A stretch of 61,121 nucleotides of DNA, the filler included, from Acidimicrobiia bacterium (GTDB lineage: Bacteria; Actinomycetota; Acidimicrobiia; Spongiisociales; CAZKJJ01): NCBI GenBank assembly GCA_046759765.1. It is 2 parts of 2 records of this genome, joined end to end, with 100 filler letters (N's around TTAATTAATTAA, not from the genome) between each part and the next. Parts side by side here need not be neighbours in the genome. Positions count along the whole stretch, not along the records: positions 31,173 to 61,121 come from JBHICV010000013.1; 1 more part is not named here. One strand, written 5' to 3'. Shown here in pieces: positions 39,040-47,533 of this stretch. Position 1 is the first letter of the stretch. Every line of letters starts with the position of its first letter. The notes under the pieces were generated by a model that was not told the DNA's origin, ran no database searches, and worked only from the letters and a program-made list of their open reading frames with translations. The translations under genes were made by a program, and so were the position numbers.

Positions 39040-39900
39040 CTATGCCGCGCGGTCTTGGCAGATTGCGATCGCTCGCACCAGGAGTGGCGCCATTACCGCC
39101 ATTCGATACGAAGCGAGGGAACGAGCATCGTCGATTGGAGAAGTGCTCTCGGCGAGAAGCTCACCGGCGTCGGCGTTCGGTTTGTCGGCGCGCGTTCCGA
39201 TCAACGCCGTCTCGGCGGCGGTAGCCCGGTATGGCTTCGGTGCCACCGAGCAGACCGCGACGCGGGCGTCCCTGATCGTCCCCTCCGGGTCGAACGCCAG
39301 CCGGGCGGCCAGCCCCACGATGGCGACCTCCATAGCTCCCCGCCGTCCGACCTTCAGGTAGACCTCGCCTTCGTTGTCTGAGATTGGCTCAACTGAGATG
39401 CCGGTAAGAAGCTCATTCGGTGCGCGCGCCGTCTGCCGACGTCCCTGGATGAAATCCCGCAGAGGCATCGTTCGCTGTTGCTCGACGCTCTCGAGTGTGA
39501 CCTGAGCGTCGGCCACCAGCAGCGGCGGCACGAGATCAGCAGCAGGCGAGGCATTGCATAGATTTCCGCCGACGGTCCCGACCGCCTGCGTCTGCCACCC
39601 ACCCACCGTGCGAGCTGCCTCCGATAGAGCCGGGAAACGGGTGGCCGCCAGCGGGCTCTGAGCCAGGTCGGAGTGGGTGGTGAGGGCCCCGAGCTGGATC
39701 CGTCCGTTGCTCTCTATGCCACGGAGCTCGTCAATCCGCTCGATGTGCAGCAGGACTTCGGGGCTGAGTTCCCCGCGGGGGTACTGGATCATGACGTCGG
39801 TGCCGCCGGCGAGAACTTGCGCGTCGGAGCCCAGCTGGTCGAGCCAATCGAGAGCTTCGGCCTTGCCCGAAGCCGAACGAAAGTCCTTTACCGATCGCAT
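39040..39900 (-). CDS. FAD-binding medium subunit (CoxM/XdhB-like)
   Basis: LAGGTD, GTVGGNLCNASPAAD. Confidence 0.93.
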   Translation of the reverse strand: MRSVKDFRSASGKAEALDWLDQLGSDAQVLAGGTDVMIQYPRGELSPEVLLHIERIDELRGIESNGRIQLGALTTHSDLAQSPLAATRFPALSEAARTVGGWQTQAVGTVGGNLCNASPAADLVPPLLVADAQVTLESVEQQRTMPLRDFIQGRRQTARAPNELLTGISVEPISDNEGEVYLKVGRRGAMEVAIVGLAARLAFDPEGTIRDARVAVCSVAPKPYRATAAETALIGTRADKPNADAGELLAESTSPIDDARSLASYRMAVMAPLLVRAIAICQDRAA

Positions 39901-40000
39901 TTCCTGTCAGCTGTCAGCTCGGTCCGCGGATACTAGGGATCGAGAACAAGGGCTCCCGACCGAGCCCGACTAGCGTCGTGATTCGCCTCGAGGAAGCGGT

Positions 40001-41071
40001 ATGTGGGAGATCACCGAGCAGGATCTAGCTCCCATCTCGATCGGCGCCGCCATCCTGGGAACCGGCGGCGGCGGCAACCCGTATCTCGGATTCCTCCGCG
40101 TCCGCCGCCACGTGCGCGCTGGACGTCGTATTGAGGTCATCGACCCCACGGAAGTCCGGGACTCGGACCTGTTGGTGTCGACCGGCGGCATGGGCTCACC
40201 GGTCGTCAGCTACGAGAAGATCGCGCAGGGCGAGGAGGAAACGAACGCGGTGCGGGCGCTCGAGGAGTACCTGGGCCGGAAATTCGATGCGATCGCTCCT
40301 TTCGAGATGGGTGGGGGCAACTCGATGGCTCCCTTGGTGGTTTCTGCTCTACTCGGAATCCCGGTAGTGGACGGCGACGGCATGGGAAGGGCCTTTCCCG
40401 AGCTTCAGATGATCACCTACCTGATCTACGGGGGCCCTGCCTTCCCGTCCGCGATCGCGGATGAACGGAACAACAGGGTGGTGTTCTCACCCGTCCTCGA
40501 CGCCTCCTGGCTCGAGAAGCTGGCGCGTTCGGTGACGATCGAGATGGGCGGACACGCGGGCCTCGCCACGGCCGTGATGGACGGGGCCCATTGCCGCCGG
40601 ACGATAATTCCCAACACGCTGCGCCTCGCCCATTCCATCGGCCGCCAGGTTCTCGAGGCCCGGCGTGCCAGCCGCGATCCTGTGCAGGCGGTCACGGATC
40701 TCACCGGCGGTCGTCGCTATCTCCGGGGCAAGGTCGTCGACGTTTCGCGTCGGACGACACAAGGGTTTGCCAAGGGCAGCATCACCGTGGAGGGCGTCGG
40801 TGATGACCAGGGGAGGCAAATTCGGATCGATTTCCAGAACGAGAACCTCGTGATCTGGGAAGGCGGCGAGCCTCAGGTCGTAGTACCGGATCTCATCACC
40901 CTGGTGGGCACTGACGACTCGCAGCCGATAACGACGGAGCTGGTCCGCTACGGCCTCCGCGCGGACGTTCTTGTCCTCCCCTGCCCGGAGCTGCTCCGTA
41001 CCGAAAAAGCCTTGGCGGTGGTGGGACCGAGAGCTTTCGGCTTTGAGATGGACTACGAGCCGTTCTCGTAG
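40001..41071 (+). CDS. DUF917 family protein (copy 2)
   Basis: GAAILGTGGGGNPY, EMGGGNS, DGDGMGRAFPELQM, FQNENL, VPDLI, VGPRAFG. Confidence 0.92.
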   Translation: MWEITEQDLAPISIGAAILGTGGGGNPYLGFLRVRRHVRAGRRIEVIDPTEVRDSDLLVSTGGMGSPVVSYEKIAQGEEETNAVRALEEYLGRKFDAIAPFEMGGGNSMAPLVVSALLGIPVVDGDGMGRAFPELQMITYLIYGGPAFPSAIADERNNRVVFSPVLDASWLEKLARSVTIEMGGHAGLATAVMDGAHCRRTIIPNTLRLAHSIGRQVLEARRASRDPVQAVTDLTGGRRYLRGKVVDVSRRTTQGFAKGSITVEGVGDDQGRQIRIDFQNENLVIWEGGEPQVVVPDLITLVGTDDSQPITTELVRYGLRADVLVLPCPELLRTEKALAVVGPRAFGFEMDYEPFS

Positions 41072-41448
41072 CGTGGAAAGTGTTGGTGGACGAGCCGGAC
41101 GTCGTTGTTCTCGTGCAATAGGACGATCTCTCCGCCAACGACTCGGAAGACGTCTACACCGTGGTTTTCCCACGGCTTGCGGTCGGCGGTGACAGCCGTC
41201 TCCTCCCACAGCACCGCTGCCCACTCGCCGTCGATGATTTTCCGCTGGATGCGGAAGTCCAGGTCCGTGAGGCGGGCACCCGAGAAGGCGAAGAAGCGGC
41301 GGGCCTCGTCGATCCCGTGCACGAGCGCCTGCCCGAGAAATCGGACCTCGATGTCGTCGCTCATCAGGGCCAGCATCGCCCTCTGATCGCCGGCGAAGTA
41401 GGCCTCGTAGAGACTGTCGATGACGGGGCGGGTCTCGTCGCTGGACAC
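41053..41448 (-). CDS. SnoaL-like/NTF2 family protein
   Basis: YEAYFAGD..AMLALMSDD, GIDEARRFF, GVDVFRVVGGEI; TACTAT 6 nt before GTG 41448. Confidence 0.85.
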   Translation of the reverse strand: MSSDETRPVIDSLYEAYFAGDQRAMLALMSDDIEVRFLGQALVHGIDEARRFFAFSGARLTDLDFRIQRKIIDGEWAAVLWEETAVTADRKPWENHGVDVFRVVGGEIVLLHENNDVRLVHQHFPRYENGS

Positions 41449-41494
41449 ACCGGCATAGTACGGAACCGGCCCGATCGTATCGATTGATGTGCCG

Positions 41495-42415
41495 TCAGAC
41501 GACCAGGTTGACCCACTCGCCCTCACCTTGATAAGCCGCCACGTTCCGAGCGATTAGCTCGGCGAGTCGCCCCGGCAGCCGGTCGGAGACCCAGGCGCTG
41601 TGCGGCGTCATAACCACGTTCTCCATCTCCCAGAGGGGTGAATCGTCGGGGAGCGGCTCCGTGGCGAAGACGTCCAGGCCGGCCCCGTGCAGTGGCCCGT
41701 CGGACAGAACTTCGATGAGTGCTTCCTCATCGACGACCGAGCCCCTCCCCACGTTTATGAACCAGCCCGGGCCGATCGCTTCCAACTCTTCCCTGCCCAG
41801 CAAGCCTCTAGTCTCGGAGGTGTTGGGAAGAGCCGCTACCAAAACGTCTGCTTCCTGGCACAGTTGGATGATCTCAGTTGGCCCATACACCCGCTCGGCG
41901 ATGCCTGTGTAGTCATTCGGGTTTCGCTTCACACCGACCACACGCATTCCGAGACATACGGCTCGCGCAGCGACCCGCTCGCCGATCATCCCCAACCCCA
42001 CAACGCCCATCGTTAGGTCAGAGAGCTCATAGGAAGGGTACGACTGCCAGCGGTGCTCGCCTGCGTCGCGGACTGCCCTGCCGACACTCCGAGTCAAGGC
42101 GAGCAGCAACGCAAGGGCATGCTCGGCGACGGTCGGGGCGTGTACACCACGAGCCGAGGTCAGCCGGATGTCTCGTTCCTCAAGCTCAGTGGTCGGGAAC
42201 TGCTCGAGGCCGGCTGAGACTGCCTGCACCCACTTAAGCTCGGTGTCCAGCCAGCGGTCTTCCCAGTAGAACGTGATCAGCGCGGGAGTGCCTCCCTCGA
42301 GAGCTGCCATCACACCGTTTGCATCCTCGGGAACCACTAGTTCCAAGGCCGGAACCGAACGAAGCGCCTCCAGCAGGCCTGGAGGGCGAAGTGGATGAAG
42401 CACCGCTCTGACCAC
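41495..42415 (-). CDS. D-2-hydroxyacid dehydrogenase
   Basis: VAEHALAL, GVVGLGMIG, INVGRG, GAGLDVFATEPLP, MTPHSA; GTG 42415. Confidence 0.92.
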   Translation of the reverse strand: MVRAVLHPLRPPGLLEALRSVPALELVVPEDANGVMAALEGGTPALITFYWEDRWLDTELKWVQAVSAGLEQFPTTELEERDIRLTSARGVHAPTVAEHALALLLALTRSVGRAVRDAGEHRWQSYPSYELSDLTMGVVGLGMIGERVAARAVCLGMRVVGVKRNPNDYTGIAERVYGPTEIIQLCQEADVLVAALPNTSETRGLLGREELEAIGPGWFINVGRGSVVDEEALIEVLSDGPLHGAGLDVFATEPLPDDSPLWEMENVVMTPHSAWVSDRLPGRLAELIARNVAAYQGEGEWVNLVV

Positions 42416-42452
42416 AGCTTCCTTCCCGGCCGCGGAATGCCAGGATAAGGCG

Positions 42453-43340
42453 ATGCCGGGAGAGCTCTTTCGTGAGGCGATGCGAGGGGTGGGCGTGACT
42501 CCGGTTACGCCTTTCAGCGATGATCTCAGCGCGATTGACGTGGGAGGCCTCAAGGGCAATATCGAGTTCCTCGCCGCGGCCGGCGTCAAGCTGCTGTACC
42601 CCTGCGGTAACACGGGCGAGTTCAACTCGTTGTCCTTGGATGAGTGGACCTCGGCGGTAGAGACCTGCGTCGCCTTCTCTGGTGACTCGATGCGTGTGGC
42701 GCCTGGGGTTGGGCAGGGCTTTTCCGCCGCAATGGAGATGCTCCGCCGTACCGAGGACGTCGGCGGCGACGGCGTCCTGCTGATGCCGCCCCATCCCACG
42801 TCTGTTTCCGAAGAAGGTCTCCGGGCCTACTACCTGAGGCTCATTGAGGCCTCGCCCGTGCCCGCCGTCTTCTATAGGCGGGGCGGCTGGCCTTCGGACG
42901 ACCTCCTCGCCGAGCTGACGGCCTCCGACGGAGCAGCCGGTGTCAAGTACGGCGACCCGGACGTCAACGCCTTCGCCGGGTCCTGCGGCGCAGGAGACGC
43001 GGTGTGGACTTGCGGACTGGCGGAGCGCTGGGCGCCTTTCTTCCACCTGGCCGGAGCCGAGGGGTTCACTTCGGGCCTGGCCAACTTCGCTCCCGGCTTC
43101 GCCCTGAGTCTGTTCGACGCTCTCCGCGCCGGCGAGTACGAAGCGGCCATGAAGCTCAGAGAAACCTGCCTCTGGTTCGAGGAGATCCGCGCTCTGGACG
43201 GGAGCGCCAACAACGTCGCTGCCGTAAAAACGGCCATGGATGCCCAGGGCCTCAAGGGCGGGAAGGTCCGCCCTCCCCTGCGCGATCTCGACTCTGAGAC
43301 CTCCAAGGAGGTACTACTCGCCATTTCCGGCTGGACCTGA
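42453..43340 (+). CDS. DapA/NAL-family protein (5-dehydro-4-deoxyglucarate dehydratase-like)
   Basis: PVTPF, CGNTGEF, LLMPP, VFY, GVKYG, GFTSGLANFAP. Confidence 0.88.
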   Translation: MPGELFREAMRGVGVTPVTPFSDDLSAIDVGGLKGNIEFLAAAGVKLLYPCGNTGEFNSLSLDEWTSAVETCVAFSGDSMRVAPGVGQGFSAAMEMLRRTEDVGGDGVLLMPPHPTSVSEEGLRAYYLRLIEASPVPAVFYRRGGWPSDDLLAELTASDGAAGVKYGDPDVNAFAGSCGAGDAVWTCGLAERWAPFFHLAGAEGFTSGLANFAPGFALSLFDALRAGEYEAAMKLRETCLWFEEIRALDGSANNVAAVKTAMDAQGLKGGKVRPPLRDLDSETSKEVLLAISGWT

Positions 43341-43342
43341 GA

Positions 43343-44329
43343 TCAGAGCCGCGGCAACACTTCTTCCGCGGTGAGCGCCACCATGCGACTGGCTTCGGTG
43401 GCGGGCATAGGGAAGAGTGCGACCGAGTCCGCTCCCGCGTCGTAGAACGTCTCGATCCTCTCGGCGCATTCGGCCGGCGTCCCGGCGATAGTCGTTCGAT
43501 CAATCCAGCTGTCTGGCATGCCGGCTGCTACCGCGTCTACGCCTCCCTCCTCCCGAAGTTTCTCAAGCTCTTCCGATATCCCGGCGGCATCCGTCAGCGC
43601 GTTTGGCCCTCCCGAGGCTTTGTAAAACGCGAGCGGTCCCCTCACGGCGTTTCTCGCCGCGGCGCCGTCACGGTCGACCGAGTAGAGGGCGAAGGCCGTT
43701 ACGCGATGATCATCAGTACGGTCTCCAACGGCCCGTCCTTGGTTTATCTGATCAATGGCCCATCGCAGGTAAGCCTCGCCTGCGCCGACCGACAGCACGG
43801 AGCCGTCCGCAATCTCGCCGGATAGCTGCAGCATCTTGGGTCCGATCACTCCCATGTGCATCGGGGTGGGTTGCAGCTCGGGGTGGGTCAGCTTGACCGC
43901 ATCGAACGTGAAGGTTCTTCCCTCGACGGTGATCTCCTCTCCCCGCAGCAACGCCCTCACGGATGACACGCACTCCCGCAGCGCGCTGAGGGGCGAAGGG
44001 GGATGAAGTCCCATCTGCCTCACCCAGGCCGGAACGCCGAGCCCGATCCCGGCCACGAGTCGCCCGGGGAACGCTCGGGAGAGGGTAGAGATCTCCATCG
44101 CCAGAAGCGCGGGATGGCGCGCTACCGCCGACACGACCCCCATGCCGACGGCGAGGTCACTGGTGCTTCCCAGCACGATGCTGGCGCCCGACACGCCCCC
44201 CGTGAAGAAGAAGTCCTCCGCCAGCCAGGCCTCGTCGAAACCTGACTCCTCCGCCGTCCGAGCGGCGGGCGGAAGCTGCTCGGGAGCAATGGCGCTGCCC
44301 AGCACCAATCCGATCTGCCTACCCGTCAC
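43343..44329 (-). CDS. LLM-class flavin/F420-dependent oxidoreductase
   Basis: AEESGFDEAWLAED, RHPALLAME, GIGLG, GPKMLQLSGEIADG; RBS AAGGGG before GTG 44329. Confidence 0.9.
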   Translation of the reverse strand: MTGRQIGLVLGSAIAPEQLPPAARTAEESGFDEAWLAEDFFFTGGVSGASIVLGSTSDLAVGMGVVSAVARHPALLAMEISTLSRAFPGRLVAGIGLGVPAWVRQMGLHPPSPLSALRECVSSVRALLRGEEITVEGRTFTFDAVKLTHPELQPTPMHMGVIGPKMLQLSGEIADGSVLSVGAGEAYLRWAIDQINQGRAVGDRTDDHRVTAFALYSVDRDGAAARNAVRGPLAFYKASGGPNALTDAAGISEELEKLREEGGVDAVAAGMPDSWIDRTTIAGTPAECAERIETFYDAGADSVALFPMPATEASRMVALTAEEVLPRL

Positions 44330-44389
44330 TTGTGTCCCCTTTCGGCCCGCATGATAAGTTCGCGACGCGGCCCCAACTCTGGTAGGAGC

Positions 44390-44773
44390 ATGCCTGACGA
44401 CCGCCAATCGGCCAGGACCCTCGTATCGGACCTGGTCGCGGCGTACAACGCCAAAGATCTCGACGGGCTCGCCGCCCTCTATATCGACGATGCTCGCTAC
44501 TGGAGTGCCCTCTCCGACTGGACCGAGGGCATCGACGAGATCCGCTCGCACATTCAAGAACTCTTCGAGTTGCTCCCGGATGAGGAGATGGCGATCAAGT
44601 CGCTCGTCACCGACGGGCAAGTGGCCGTGGTGGAGTTCGAAAGCACCGGTACGAATCCCGGCGGCAAGCTCTATGAGATCGAGTTCACCGAGGTCATCGA
44701 GCTGAGAGGTAATCGAATCGAGAGCGTTCGCGTATATCTCGACCCGGAAGAGGTCCAACGGGTCATGGCCTGA
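44390..44773 (+). CDS. SnoaL-like/NTF2 family protein
   Basis: AAYNAKDLDGLAALYIDDA, GIDEIR, EVIELRGNRI..RVY; RBS AGGAG. Confidence 0.87.
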   Translation: MPDDRQSARTLVSDLVAAYNAKDLDGLAALYIDDARYWSALSDWTEGIDEIRSHIQELFELLPDEEMAIKSLVTDGQVAVVEFESTGTNPGGKLYEIEFTEVIELRGNRIESVRVYLDPEEVQRVMA

Positions 44774-44779
44774 GCGACG

Positions 44780-45727
44780 TCAAGTCATCCCACTCTGGAC
44801 CGCAAAGCACTCAACCGCCGACTCGTCGTCGATCCATTCCAGCTGCGGGTACTCGTTTCGACAGCGATCGTGGACCAGCGGACAACGCTCCTGAAACGAG
44901 CAGCCGACGGGCAGATTGAGCGGGCTGGGCGTCTCGCCGGGAAGCACGATCCGCTCACGGCCGGTGTCGAGGTCCATCGTCGGAACGGCCGAGAGCAGCG
45001 CCTTCGTGTAAGGGTGTTGCGGCGATTCGAAAACCGCCTCCGTCGGGGCGATCTCGACGATGCGGCCTAGGTACATGACTGCCACGACCGAGGCGATGCG
45101 ACGCACTGTGCTGAGGTCGTGGCTGATGAAGAGATAGGCGACGCCTCTTTCCTCCTGGATCGACCGGAGCAGAGCGATTATTCGTCCACGCACGGACTGA
45201 TCCAGGCTCGAAGTGGGCTCGTCGAGCACGACCAAGTCGGGTCCGGGGATCAAAGCTCGGGCGATCGCCACCCGCTGTTGCTGGCCTCCGGAAAGCTCCC
45301 GCGGTCGGCGGCTTCGGTAAGCGGGTCCCAAGCCCACCAGTCGTAGGACCTCGTCGACTCGATCGTCGATCTCAGACGGCTGGGCGGCATTGAGCAGTTT
45401 GAGGGGCTCACGCAGCGTGGTCCCGACGCGATACCTCGGATTAAGGGACTGCATCGGGTGCTGGAACACCATCTGGACCCGTCTTCGATAGGCAGCAGCT
45501 CCCAGCTGGCCGGCCATTTCTTGACCGTCGAACGTGATCTGACCAGAGGTGGGCTTGTAAAGGCCGACTACGACGCGGCCGAGGGTCGTCTTGCCACAGC
45601 CGGACTCACCCACCAGCCCGACCGTCTGTCCGCGCTGGATATCCAGGTCGATCCCACGGACGGCCGGCAGGGCGGTCTTTCCCGATCCGAAGGATTTGTG
45701 TAGGTCTCGGACCTCAAGGAGCACCAA
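44780..45727 (-). CDS. Dpp/Opp-type ABC transporter ATP-binding protein (DppF-like)
   Basis: [25 protein letters not shown]-terminal CxFxxRC. Confidence 0.93.
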   Translation of the reverse strand: MVLLEVRDLHKSFGSGKTALPAVRGIDLDIQRGQTVGLVGESGCGKTTLGRVVVGLYKPTSGQITFDGQEMAGQLGAAAYRRRVQMVFQHPMQSLNPRYRVGTTLREPLKLLNAAQPSEIDDRVDEVLRLVGLGPAYRSRRPRELSGGQQQRVAIARALIPGPDLVVLDEPTSSLDQSVRGRIIALLRSIQEERGVAYLFISHDLSTVRRIASVVAVMYLGRIVEIAPTEAVFESPQHPYTKALLSAVPTMDLDTGRERIVLPGETPSPLNLPVGCSFQERCPLVHDRCRNEYPQLEWIDDESAVECFAVQSGMT

Positions 45728-46652
45728 CGGGTTCCTCTGCGTGCAGGAAGCAGGCCGACTGGTGGTCGGCGCCGACATCGTAGAGAGGCGGGAAATCGGC
45801 ACAAGCAGGGAAGGCGAAGGGACAGCGATGCCCGAACCGACAACCACGCAGGGCGAAGTTCACGCCCGGATCCTCGACGTGGGGATCGACGTCGCGCTCG
45901 ACGGACTCGAGCAGGAATTGCGTGTATGGATGCCGGGGATTGCGTAGTAACTCGGCCTTCGTGGCCGTCTCCATGACCTGACCGCCGTACATGACCGCAA
46001 CGCGGTCGCACATCTCCGCGACCGCGCCCAGGTCGTGGGTGATGAAGAGCACGCCACACGATGTCTCGGCGACGAGGTCGCGGATGAGATCGAAGATCTG
46101 GGCCTGGATCGTCACGTCGAGGGCTGTCGTCGCCTCATCGGCGATCAGCAGCTTGGCCCGGCAGGCGAGCGCCATGGCAATCATGACCCGTTGGCACATC
46201 CCTCCGGACAGCTGATGAGGGTAAGCGCGGGCGACTCTCTCCGGGCCTGGAATTCCGACCCGGGAAAGCATGTCAATCGCCTCATGGGACGCGTCCGACT
46301 TCTTGAACCCTTGCAGCTCCAGCACCCTCCCCACCTGCTTACCCACCCGCATCGTGGGATTCAGCGAGCTCACCGGGTTCTGGAAGATCATCGTGAGCTC
46401 ACCGGGCCTCCTGCTGACCTCGCCGTCGGCCACTAGCTCTTCACCTTCGAGTAGGACGGATCCACGACGGAGCTCGATGCCTGGCGGCAAGAGACCGATG
46501 GTGGCCAGCGAAGCGATCGTCTTCCCCGAGCCCGACTCGCCAACCAGACCCAGCACCTCGCCCCGTGCGACCCGAAAGCCGACATCTCTGAGAAGGTCGA
46601 AGGGGCTTCCCTTCACACCGACAGCAAGCCCGGAGACCTCGAGGAGGCTCAG
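45714..46652 (-). CDS. Dpp/Opp-type ABC transporter ATP-binding protein (DppD-like), apparent CTG start
   Basis: GESGSGKT, YPHQLSGGMCQR, ADEATTALDVTIQAQI; the conserved (L)SLLEVSGL start coincides with a CTG overlapping the upstream stop. Confidence 0.9.
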   Translation of the reverse strand: MSLLEVSGLAVGVKGSPFDLLRDVGFRVARGEVLGLVGESGSGKTIASLATIGLLPPGIELRRGSVLLEGEELVADGEVSRRPGELTMIFQNPVSSLNPTMRVGKQVGRVLELQGFKKSDASHEAIDMLSRVGIPGPERVARAYPHQLSGGMCQRVMIAMALACRAKLLIADEATTALDVTIQAQIFDLIRDLVAETSCGVLFITHDLGAVAEMCDRVAVMYGGQVMETATKAELLRNPRHPYTQFLLESVERDVDPHVEDPGVNFALRGCRFGHRCPFAFPACADFPPLYDVGADHQSACFLHAEEPVGAP

Positions 46653-47533
46653 CTGGTCTCTCCCTGAAGCTCGTCGCCGATGAAGTGGAAGGCCATCACT
46701 GCCAGCACGATCATCGCCCCGGGGAACAGCGCGGTCCACCACTGGCCGGTGAGCACGTCGCTGGCGCCGTCGGCGACCATGACTCCCCACTCCGGGGTGG
46801 GGGGCGTGATACCGACTCCGAGAAACGCAAGACCCGCCACAGTGAGAATTCCCCAGCCGGCTACCAGCGTTGCCTGGACGAACGAGGGGCTCAATGAGTT
46901 GGGCATGACGTGGCGGAAGGCCACCCGCCAGGGCCGATTTCCCGCCAGCTTGGCCCCGTCGACGTACTCGAGCTCCCGCTCGGAAAGGACTTGGGCGCGG
47001 GTCAGTCGGATGAAGTACGGAATGAAAGCGATCGAGACCGCAATGACGACATTGGGGATCGTGTCGGAGAGCGTGGCCACGATGATCAGAGCCAAGACGA
47101 AGCCCGGGAACGCGAGGATGATGTCGGTGATCCGCATGATGCCTTCGTCGGCAAACCCGCCCCAGTAGCCGGCGACCACCCCGATCAACGAGCCAACGAT
47201 CATGGCAGACACCGCGATCACTACCCCCATCGCAAGGTCGAGGCGAGCCGCGTGAACGGCGCGGGCGAACACGTCCCGTCCGAAGTTGTCGGTGCCGAAC
47301 CAGTACTCGGCCGACGGGGGCGCCAAGGCGTTGCTCGGGTTCGTGAGGAGCGGGTCACGGACGAAGGACGGGCCGACAATCGCCAGCAGGATGTAGGTGC
47401 CGAGGATCACCAGGCCGACGACAAGCAGCGGCCGGCGTCGAAAGATCGAACGCTGTTCCTCTGCCTCCTCGATCTCCGGAGCTACAAACCGTGCGTCGGC
47501 TTCCGGAGTGGGTCGGGGCGTCGTGACGCTCAC
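46649..47533 (-). CDS. Dpp/Opp-type ABC permease (DppC-like)
   Basis: WFGTDNFGRDVF, EYVDGAKLAG, LAFLGVG..PPTPEWG; GTGA overlap. Confidence 0.93.
   Translation of the reverse strand: MSVTTPRPTPEADARFVAPEIEEAEEQRSIFRRRPLLVVGLVILGTYILLAIVGPSFVRDPLLTNPSNALAPPSAEYWFGTDNFGRDVFARAVHAARLDLAMGVVIAVSAMIVGSLIGVVAGYWGGFADEGIMRITDIILAFPGFVLALIIVATLSDTIPNVVIAVSIAFIPYFIRLTRAQVLSERELEYVDGAKLAGNRPWRVAFRHVMPNSLSPSFVQATLVAGWGILTVAGLAFLGVGITPPTPEWGVMVADGASDVLTGQWWTALFPGAMIVLAVMAFHFIGDELQGETS

Noticed and set aside
36277..39900. Aerobic CO dehydrogenase (coxMSL)
   Set aside because: The large subunit lacks AYxCSFR or AYxGAGR (it has GAFRGVS), and no cox accessory genes are adjacent.
43343..44758. Long N-terminal extensions or fusions in the ORF track (43343-44758; likewise 36277-38739, 41495-42799, 16979-18700, 45714-46790)
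   Set aside because: The extensions are open frames overlapping neighbouring real genes in high-GC DNA. Family motifs, RBSs and stop/start overlaps place the starts downstream.
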